Positions 35,087-43,489 of a stretch of 64,000 nt of DNA are shown here, one piece after another. The DNA is from Tetramitus jugosus (Eukaryota > Protista > Heterolobosea). The first letter of the stretch is position 1; the number at the start of each line of letters is the position of its first letter. The notes below the pieces were generated by a model. The model was not told where the DNA came from and searched no databases. It saw only the letters and a list, made by a program, of their open reading frames with translations. The DNA lies in contig OW569347.1 of the NCBI GenBank assembly GCA_937625935.1, positions 558,001 to 622,000 on the forward strand, read 5' to 3'. The translations under genes and the position numbers were made by a program.

Positions 35087-36719
35087 ATGAAAGAAAAAAT
35101 ATTGCATGCGAGCTTTAATCAGGACTGTTCATGCTTGTCCATTGGAACTGACTCATCATTCAAAATCTATAGTGTCGATCCATTTCGAAAATGTTTTGAT
35201 CATGGTATGTTTCTCTTGTTTTTCATTTTTCATTCTTCAACTGCCGTTGTTGTTGTTGAAAAAAGCAAATCATCATGATGATTGTTTGGATAATGACGGT
35301 GATGATGAACGCAGCATCATTATTTCTATTGTTGGTGTTAGCTTTTGCAAAGTTCTTCTGACCTCACACACTGCATTTTCATTGAATGACATGAACAACA
35401 AACAACGAACAAAAATTCTAGAGGGAGGCATGAACTGTGTACAAATGTTGTATAGTACATCCCTGTTGGGATTGGTCGGTGCTGGACAACAAGCCAGTTT
35501 TTCTCCGCGCAGACTCCAACTGTTCAACACATCGGAACAAAAAATGATTTGCGAGTTTAATTTTGTGAGCAGTATTCTCAATGTTTTGATGACAAGGAAA
35601 CGGTTGGTCGTAGTCTTGGAATGTCGCATCCATTTGTTTGATATTAGCACAATGAAAATTTTGAGAACGATTGAAACAGCGAGCAACAAGAAGGGTATTT
35701 GTGCACTGGTGGAGCACGGCAGCGAAGAGACCAATAATTATATTTCGTTTCTGGCGTATCCATATGGCACCAACATGATTTCGTCATCTTCGTCATCGTC
35801 CTCGTCGGGGTCTGCCTCATCATCCTCGTCCTCCTCAGGTGTGCTCTCATCCTCACTGCCCGCATCGTCCATGATGTCTGCTCATGTGACGTCATCGTCA
35901 TCGCCGTCCTTGTCTTCTGCATCGCCGTCTAACGCTACTCTGTCTTCCTCTGTTGGAAGTCACAGTGGAAATGGAGGGGGTATGATGGGTGGTAACAGAG
36001 GCAGTCTCAATCTCGGCGGTGGTGGTGGTGGTGGTGGCAATCTGATCAACAATAGCAGTGGCAATAGTGGAGATGATAAGAGTCAATTGTTGGGTGATAT
36101 TGTGATTATGGATGCCATATCGGGAAGACCATTGAATGCCATTCGAGCACACAAGGGCAAATTGTCGACGATACAATTCAATCGAGATGGAACACTACTT
36201 GCAACAGCTTCTGAGAAGGGAACTGTGATTCGAGTGTTTTCAGTGTTGAATGCGTCACAATTGTGCACGTTGAGACGAGGATCCTATGCTGCCACCATCT
36301 ACTCGATTGCATTCAGCAGTGATTCGTCGCTTCTCAGTGTTTCGAGTGACAAGGGCACTGTTCACGTGTTCAAACTGGCCAAAGGATACTATTCTGGATC
36401 ATTGACCTATGATTCTTCTGATTCACTTTCTTCTTCACCTTCTGCAAGTGAACTATTGTCCGAGAGTCATCCTCAAAAGAGAAAGCAAATTGGAACATTG
36501 AGTGATACGATAGGGAACTTGTGGGATAGTGTGCGTGATTTTGCACACGCCAAGGTCAAGTTTACAAACAGTATGGACTGCAGAAACATTTGTGGCATCA
36601 CTCCCAGTGGTAACACACTGATGGTGATGACCTTTGATGGTTACTTGCACAAATTTTCTCTGGATCTGGTGAATGGTGGTGAAGCAAAGCTTGAAAATTC
36701 CTATTCATTGTTTGGATAA
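35087..36719 (+). CDS. ATG18: PROPPIN, WIPI1/2 (ATG18)-type with a Ser/Gly-rich insertion; intron 35205-35421
   Basis: SFNQDCSC, MLYSTSLLGLVG, SPRRLQLFN, LATASEKGTVIRVF, TLRRG, SSDKGTVHVFKL, RDFAHAK. Confidence 0.9.
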
Positions 36720-37077
36720 CTCACAAAGCAACAACACAGAGCAATTCCAACCAAACATTATGTCAAAAACAGGCAGAAATCAAACAATCCTATCTTTCTC
36801 CTAAAATAAAGTATGATAGTATCAACTATCTTGGCAGAGTGACCTTGCTACGGAGTATTTCGGCTTTTTCTGCCTTTCCCATTGAAATGGAAGGTGGACC
36901 TCGCCCCGGTGAAAACCTCAATAATGTGTGTGAAAAATCCATCGTTCGGAACTGGGGCACCCTGACATCCCAGACACAAGCCCTTCAAAATTCCACAACA
37001 AAAAACACGGCACCACAACCTTGCTACAAACAAACAAACATCAACTTCACAAAACAAACAAGAATACCTCATTAAAG

Positions 37078-38238
37078 ATGCAAGTTACCATCTCTGATAC
37101 TTCTACACAAAAAAATGCACAGAACAATGGTTACACTGGTTACCATTTGACTGTCGGCTACAACATGAACGGTATTTCCACTAGTTGGACATTGGTGAAA
37201 CGATACAGCCAGTTCTTCCAATTGAACACTGTGCTCGTTCGTGCTTTCCCAGGTATTGCCTCTCAATTACCCCGATTCCCGCCAAAAATTTTGTTGAACA
37301 TGACACCAAAGGTCATTAGTGACAGACAGACCAATTTACAGCTGTGGTTGACAGCAGTGCTCCAAACTCCTCACTTGGTTGCCTCTCCACACATTCAAGG
37401 ATTTTTGGAAGTAGCTCAACATGCTGTGCCAGTGACTACAGTCACCACTACGACTACTACGACAAGTGGTGTTCCTTCCGTCACTCCATCATTGAACATG
37501 AATTTGGGCGGTTTGAACTTTAATTTGTCCGGCGGTGTCACCACACCTGCAGTTCAGGCAACAACCACTGTTGTATCCACAACTGGTCCTTCCACGCCTT
37601 ACTCTGCAACGGCGACTACACCTTATTACACTGATCCTTCCATGAGTGCATACCCAGCAGCCACAATCCAAACACAGTACAACACTGGTTATCCAACAAC
37701 AGATAACTACTCAATGACTGTGAGTGCCAATCCACATGATCCTTATGCTGTGAATGCTTCCATCAATCCAATGATTTCCGTCGGTGTTGCACCACTGAAC
37801 GCAAACTTGAGTTTCAACATGACGACTTCCCACTCGTCGTCATCATCCTCTTCATCATCGATGCCATATGTTCAGACAACTACTTCCACATGGGATAGCA
37901 GCAGCCAACAACAACAACCTGCTTCCATCATGTCTGCATGGAGCTCCTCTCCTGCTATTGATGCTCAAGCATTCAATGAATTGTTGCAAAGCTTCCGGGA
38001 TCAAGCCTTCTCTGATGATAAGCTCAGCTTTATCAACAACTTTTTCAAGAATCATTACTTTACCAGTGATCAAGCTGTCCAGTTGATTGAAGCATGTTCA
38101 TTCAGTGATGAAGTTGTGGCAGCTGCTATTGCTCTCCACCCAAGACTTGTCGATCAAGACAAGTTCTTCAAGGTGTTGGACAAGGTTACCTTTGACAGTG
38201 ACAAGTCCAAGATTAAGAGCTCTCTTGGTTTGCTCTAA
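37078..38238 (+). CDS. PX-domain protein with C-terminal DUF4476-like domain
   Basis: PX motifs KRYSQF..L, LPRFPPK, RQTNLQLWL, IQGFL; T/S/P-rich linker; C-terminus FSDDKL...FTSDQA..L....SF...LHPRLVD. Confidence 0.8.
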   Translation: MQVTISDTSTQKNAQNNGYTGYHLTVGYNMNGISTSWTLVKRYSQFFQLNTVLVRAFPGIASQLPRFPPKILLNMTPKVISDRQTNLQLWLTAVLQTPHLVASPHIQGFLEVAQHAVPVTTVTTTTTTTSGVPSVTPSLNMNLGGLNFNLSGGVTTPAVQATTTVVSTTGPSTPYSATATTPYYTDPSMSAYPAATIQTQYNTGYPTTDNYSMTVSANPHDPYAVNASINPMISVGVAPLNANLSFNMTTSHSSSSSSSSSMPYVQTTTSTWDSSSQQQQPASIMSAWSSSPAIDAQAFNELLQSFRDQAFSDDKLSFINNFFKNHYFTSDQAVQLIEACSFSDEVVAAAIALHPRLVDQDKFFKVLDKVTFDSDKSKIKSSLGLL

Positions 38239-38428
38239 AAAAGCACTTGTACTAACTGACCTACTGACACACAGACAAGAAAATAAAAAGAGGCATGATA
38301 TCTCGAGCTGACAGATATTTTTTGTTGAGGTGGTCAAAAACACGCGAACAAAAAAGCTTTTTAAGAACATTGCAATCAACAACAACTGTTGAATCAACCA
38401 TTCTTTGACTTATTCCATTCACGAAACA

Positions 38429-38827
38429 ATGACCATAATAACACCAACGACGAACATGAGGTTCATGTGCCTTCTCATCCTTTCACTCTGTTTTTTGCTC
38501 ATTTGCCATACCGTCTCAGTCTCCGCAAGCTTTTCACTTGATGCACAAGAATTCCTTTTGGGTGAAGAGGAACTCCTTTCGTCTGTCAATGGTACGGCAA
38601 GTAGCAGTGAAAGTGGTCCATTACCCATTTTCAAGAGCAAGGCAACGGCTGGTCTCTGGATTGGATTGATATTGGGAGCTGTGGTGAGTCTATCAGTGTC
38701 CTGTGTGTTTGTTGTCATGGCCATTTACATGATTAGGTTCAATCGGTTACAACAATATGCAAAAATGAATGAACCTTCAAAGTATCATTCACCACTGGAG
38801 GCAGCAGCAGCTAGAGAAGATGATTAA
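38429..38827 (+). CDS. Small type I membrane protein
   Basis: Signal peptide (MCLLILSLCFLLIC) plus one TM (LWIGLILGAVVSLSVSCVFVVMAIY). Confidence 0.6.
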   Translation: MTIITPTTNMRFMCLLILSLCFLLICHTVSVSASFSLDAQEFLLGEEELLSSVNGTASSSESGPLPIFKSKATAGLWIGLILGAVVSLSVSCVFVVMAIYMIRFNRLQQYAKMNEPSKYHSPLEAAAAREDD

Positions 38828-39088
38828 GATTGCTCTGGTATCAGCTCTCTCTTGTTCCACCAGATTGATAATGCATGAATTGTGTGTTCGCTGTGTCTGT
38901 GTCTCTGCTGTGTGTGCGTGAGAGAGATTCCTTGGAGAGCTCTCGATTGATGTGTAAATACGTCGTTGAAAAAGCGCGACACTCTCGCTTACTTTACAGT
39001 AAAAGAAAAACTGTTTGTTCGCTCCAATTCTGGCTCGTCGTTTGGATTCTTCTCTCTTGTTCGTGAACTGTCATGTGTAGGGATAATA

Positions 39089-40000
39089 ATGAGTATGTTT
39101 ATTAAGAAAAGAGATCACACTCTCAAGAAATCAGAGAATGAAAATGACCTGCCACTTCGAAGAGAGAATTACATGGACAAATTGAAGAGTAACACGAAGT
39201 TTATTCCAGTAGACTCTCTCTTTAATGTTACTTCAAAGCAAACAACAGCAAATAGGCATTCCTCTAGATTGATCACATCACCTCATCTTACCATACCTCG
39301 TTTACCATTGAACAAGTTGTTATTGCTGGCTGAGATTCAAGATGAGTCGCATCGACAAGTGGATCAGATTCAACAACGAGGATATATAAGTACATATAGA
39401 TCTGGTAGAAGAGTTAAGATTTCTGCACGGAGATCTGAACAAATAACGGCGACCCATCGAGCGAGAAAGGAACATATCGTTTTGGATAAGATACCTGAAT
39501 CGTTGCTGCATCATGTAATGAGTTACTTACTATGTCGGCACACCCAATTATCATTTTATCAGCTCATTATTCATGGTATAGATCCTCCATCTCATCAGAA
39601 TAGTGAATCCCATGAATTTACATTGTTTCGATTGAGAGAGATTTCAAAGTCATTCCACCGAGCGGTGATGTCTCGGTTAAACATGATTGAATGGGTGTTG
39701 TCCAGAACTTATTTGAGAGAATTCGGTAGTTTCGATGACAGTGTTTGGGTTACAGCTCCACTAGCCAAAATTGTACTCGTAAGACGAGAAAATCCTTCGT
39801 TTCAACTGGATCTAAGTAAGAAAGGAGAGTGGGTGTGGTTGCATGGAGCCAGCTTGGTCAAATTTCATCCACTCAGTCGAGACAAAGGATTTTCCTTCCA
39901 ATTTTCGCCCAAAGAAAAGTCATCTCTCCCTATCATGACCATTAAGGTGGCGGTCTACTGTCCATCAAGCCATAATAAAAACATTATGGTTTCCCGATAA
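39089..40000 (+). CDS. Hypothetical protein with an F-box-like motif; about the last 21 codons lie inside the Fanzor-derived element
   Basis: LDKIPESLLHHVMSYL...LREISKSF is F-box-like; stop TAA 39998-40000 falls within the structured element. Confidence 0.5.
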   Translation: MSMFIKKRDHTLKKSENENDLPLRRENYMDKLKSNTKFIPVDSLFNVTSKQTTANRHSSRLITSPHLTIPRLPLNKLLLLAEIQDESHRQVDQIQQRGYISTYRSGRRVKISARRSEQITATHRARKEHIVLDKIPESLLHHVMSYLLCRHTQLSFYQLIIHGIDPPSHQNSESHEFTLFRLREISKSFHRAVMSRLNMIEWVLSRTYLREFGSFDDSVWVTAPLAKIVLVRRENPSFQLDLSKKGEWVWLHGASLVKFHPLSRDKGFSFQFSPKEKSSLPIMTIKVAVYCPSSHNKNIMVSR

Positions 40001-40050
40001 GACACCTTAACGCTCCTACATAATCGGGATTTACATAGCAGCTTGATGGA
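39937..40050 (-). ncRNA. Candidate Fanzor omegaRNA scaffold
   Basis: Six complementary pairs within 114 nt: 39961-70/40041-50 (10 bp), 39970-76/39983-89 (7 bp), 39992-98/40023-29 (7 bp), 39942-49/40003-10 (8 bp), 40016-23/40031-38 (8 bp incl. 2 G-U on the minus strand only), 39937-40/39952-55 (4 bp). It overlaps the 3' end of the Fanzor ORF, as TnpB-family omegaRNAs do. Confidence 0.65.
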
Positions 40051-40250
40051 GTGAGCCTTGGAGGTGTTCCACCATTTTGATTAATTCTTTTGCGACCTTT
40101 TTCTTCCTCTTGCCTCTTGAAGGCATCGGGACGTGACTGTCCATCCATTTCTGTTCTCAGTAGATGGAGCATGTTCTTGGCCGCATTGATGTCTCTGTTG
40201 TGAGTCACTAAACATTTAGTGGTTGCACACTGTTTAACTCCTCGAACGAC
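39937..40250 (-). mobile_element. Truncated Fanzor (TnpB-like) element: C-terminal Zn-finger half and RuvC-III plus right end
   Basis: Translation VRGVKQCATTKCLVTHNRDINAAKNMLHLL...GQSRPDAFKR matches the Fanzor1/TnpB C-terminal signature C..C...RDxNAAxN...RP..F.R; RuvC-I/II and REC/WED parts are absent. Confidence 0.8.
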
Positions 40251-40294
40251 AGAGACATTCAACTTCGATGTCCACCCCAACAAGAAGCAAAAAT

Positions 40295-40367
40295 CTCCCA
40301 TACCGGGACTCGAACCCGGGTCTCATGGGTGAGAGCCATGTATCCTAACCAACTAGACTATATGGGA
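40295..40367 (-). tRNA. trnE-CUC: tRNA-Glu (CTC)
   Basis: Reverse complement TCCCATA...CATGG-CTCTCAC-CCATG...CCGGG-TTCGAGT-CCCGG-TATGGGA-G, followed by T5. Confidence 0.95.
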
Positions 40368-40604
40368 ATTATATTTATCTTATTTTACGAAAGCTCAAAA
40401 ATTCAGAAAAATCTAATTTTATGCCAACTTTTCCGTTCACCAACAACAAGCTGTTAGTTGAGTTTGACCACCATTTTCATGCTACAAACTCAATCATCTT
40501 GTGCTTCCCTCGTTTATAAACATCACCCTGTCCAAAAAGTTGCTTCAGAGCGAAATGTAAGATTGACAAGATCGAACATACTGCAGACATCTAATCATTT
40601 TACT

Positions 40605-41302
40605 ATGAGTACTGGTAATCTCGGTGGTAGACAACTCATGTATCATTTAACAGAGAGTCACAAAAAGAATCTCTCCAATCCTAAAAAGAGAATTGATAAT
40701 TCTTTGCCTTGGAGTCATCGAGAAGACCTGTCTAGCAAATTGCAGAAGCAACTCTCTCCGGTTAGAGAAAGGGGAAACAATAGGAACTCAAAGTTCTCTG
40801 GAGGTGGAAAGAACAACAGTTCAAAATCAGAGAGTAGGACTGAGTCTTCTTCTTTTTCTCAAAAGTATGTGTTTTTGGCAGTGTACACCTATCAGATTCA
40901 CCGTTGAGTAAACTTTTTATTCGTAGATTACATCCTATACATCACCTTGTTGATGGCAAACATCATGAGGCTTACAGAGGATTTGTGCAGCTTCTTAGTG
41001 AGTTGGGAACTGACGCATCATACTTCATTGCTCAAGCTGCTTGCATCGATGCAGAAGAGAATCTACTCCTACAGGACTATTGTGGAATTGATCCCTTCTT
41101 TGACGACTTGATAGTAGATGAAGTAGAATCGGAGGATATGTCAACACTAATAGATGATATGGATGATGAGGATGACGGAGAAGAGGGTTATGGATACTTG
41201 GATTACCATGAGAACTTGATTGGTCAAGATACTGCACGAGTATTACAGAATGAACGACCAGTTGACAAACAAACCCTGGAGTATTCTTCAGCTGGTATGT
41301 AG
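40605..41302 (+). CDS. Hypothetical protein, basic N-half and acidic C-half; intron 40865-40926
   Basis: Two track ORFs joined in frame by GTATGT...TCGTAG. Confidence 0.55.
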
Positions 41303-41628
41303 ATTGAATACTATATCTCTATTCTACACGTGACTGACATCTGTTCTGCTCTCTGATCATAGCAATAACTGAAATGATGTTTACAGACTCGGTCCCAAGT
41401 GCCAATCATGCCAGTAGTAACATTTGACCTCGCGTCAATGCTACAACAGTGTTGACGAGTTGTAAAGACCTGGTCTTTTGACCTGCGCAGCCCAAAGTAT
41501 CAATTCCCGCAAGAACCGAGCGAATATTCATACCCGGAAAATCTTTGGTCCAAACACTTGTGAACACTTTGTGTTGAATCTCCAAAAGACCACAAACAAC
41601 AACAAAACAACAACTTTAGAGTAGCACC

Positions 41629-43446
41629 ATGTCAATGCGCTTCTTTTTGTCTTCCAGAAGCACTGGAAAACGATTGTTGCAGTCTCCGCATGCAGCATTT
41701 CACATCCAAAATCAACATCTCACAAAAAGATTCTTTCACACTTTGCCGCCAAAACATTTCTACGATAATCACTTTTTTGGCGGCGCACAGGAGACCAAAA
41801 GCTTTCACAACTTGAATGATCGCACAACAACATCAAAAACAACCAACAATGAGGAACAACAACCAAAGAAAAGACATCCATCATATGACGAACTCGAAGG
41901 ATCTGATCAACATCGAAATCAAGTATGGCAACGTGCCTACGAACAAGTCAAATCAGCTCATAGCACTCTAGAAGAAACAATGAAGTTGTATCAATCGAAA
42001 CCAAAGAGCTATGAACTTCTTGTCTCTGTTGCCACACTATTTGGTGCCCTTGTCTTGCTTTACTATAGCTTTGGAAGGCCTTATTTACTCTCAAACAACA
42101 ATATCAATACCAATAACAACAGTAAGAGTAGTAGCAAGGGTAGTAGGAGTAGTAGTAGTGGTGATGCTAGTGCAACATCTGACAAGAATGATTTATCAAT
42201 CTATTATCACATGTTGATTGATTCTTGGTTCCAGTACATTGACAATGGCATGTTTTCAAGCAAGGAAATGGCAGCAAAGATTTGCAAAGAACTGGAGGCA
42301 CTTTCATTCACCTTATCAAGTCCATCGTCATCGTCACACAAGAGTAAACTTAGAAACGGCAGCAGTAAGAGTAGTGATGGTGGTAGTGATGGTAGTAGTG
42401 GTAGTGGTGCAGAGGACAGTGTCAGTGTCATTGAGTTCGTGAAGAATTGGTTAGAGGAGAGAAGAGAAAATCTCGTTTCATTGTTTGATCGAGATCGAGT
42501 TGTTTTGAGTGCCGTGTCAACCATGATACGACTAAAGAATGACAGCTTTTTCGAGATGCCAACTCGGAATTTGATTGAAGCAAATGTGATTGGCGTGTTG
42601 GTGAATATTATAACAAAGACTGACAGTAGCAAGAATGGCGATGCAAAGAAGCTGAAAAGAGTGTATTCAATATTGCATCGATTGACTAGTGATGCCAATC
42701 TACATGATCAAATTGTGAATCACAGAGAAACAATGAGCGCAATTTATGATGGTATTTTGAATTGTGAGGATGACCAAGTACGCGCACAATTGGAGAACAT
42801 GTGCCAGCATTTGATTCGGAGTGAGATTTGTTATCCTCGAATATGCAAGGAAAACATTTCAGATCAGATTTCAACTAGGCATTTTCTGAATCGAGAATTT
42901 GGCGATGCACAGGGAACTAATCAACAAGCCATGAAGGTGTATACGTGGCTGTCATCAAATGGAAACGAGCGAATGAAAATGTTGGCTTTGAATAGATTGG
43001 ATGTACGACAGGATGATATGAACACGGTATATGTTTCTGTGCATTTGAAGCCAGAGGTGATTTCTGAATCTGTGATGATGGCTACGTATGCCTACATACG
43101 ATGGATGGGCGAGAATCATAATCGAGTGCCTACACGCTACTTGAGGAAGTTTATTCTTCCACCACTTATGGGTCTCATGTTCTACCGTTCTATTCTTTCC
43201 CCAGTAACTAAGGATCTGTCGAAACAGGCTATGCCTTACTTTATGGAGGGAACGGGCAAGTTTGACAAGTTTGGCCGAGAACAGTTTTCTGTGTCAACAG
43301 GCAACTATTTCTTGTTCTATAATGCCTTGAATGTAGCACTGCCGACCATGGTGTATCTTTTGATTTTCAAGAGAGTCAAGTACCTCATGTTTCCATTCTT
43401 ACTCTCCATGCCCAGGTACTTGGAGGAACTAGAAGACAATGAATAG
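41629..43446 (+). CDS. Hypothetical mitochondrial membrane protein, helical or ARM-like
   Basis: Presequence-like MSMRFFLSSRSTGKRLL...KRFFH, TM at LLVSVATLFGALVLLYY, C-terminal hydrophobic segments. Confidence 0.65.
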   Translation: MSMRFFLSSRSTGKRLLQSPHAAFHIQNQHLTKRFFHTLPPKHFYDNHFFGGAQETKSFHNLNDRTTTSKTTNNEEQQPKKRHPSYDELEGSDQHRNQVWQRAYEQVKSAHSTLEETMKLYQSKPKSYELLVSVATLFGALVLLYYSFGRPYLLSNNNINTNNNSKSSSKGSRSSSSGDASATSDKNDLSIYYHMLIDSWFQYIDNGMFSSKEMAAKICKELEALSFTLSSPSSSSHKSKLRNGSSKSSDGGSDGSSGSGAEDSVSVIEFVKNWLEERRENLVSLFDRDRVVLSAVSTMIRLKNDSFFEMPTRNLIEANVIGVLVNIITKTDSSKNGDAKKLKRVYSILHRLTSDANLHDQIVNHRETMSAIYDGILNCEDDQVRAQLENMCQHLIRSEICYPRICKENISDQISTRHFLNREFGDAQGTNQQAMKVYTWLSSNGNERMKMLALNRLDVRQDDMNTVYVSVHLKPEVISESVMMATYAYIRWMGENHNRVPTRYLRKFILPPLMGLMFYRSILSPVTKDLSKQAMPYFMEGTGKFDKFGREQFSVSTGNYFLFYNALNVALPTMVYLLIFKRVKYLMFPFLLSMPRYLEELEDNE

Positions 43447-43489
43447 AAATACAATACTGATTTGTTTATTCTCATCAATATTTCGTACC

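Noticed and set aside
39937-40050. Self-cleaving ribozyme (hammerhead, twister or HDV) interpretation of the structured RNA
   Set aside because: Conserved catalytic cores (e.g. CUGANGA...GAAA in the right order) were not found by eye; the position at a Fanzor 3' end favours an omegaRNA. An Rfam scan would settle it.
39936-40290. Terminal inverted repeats or a target-site duplication around the Fanzor remnant
   Set aside because: No reverse-complement match of the right end near 40250-40290; the left boundary cannot be defined from this window.
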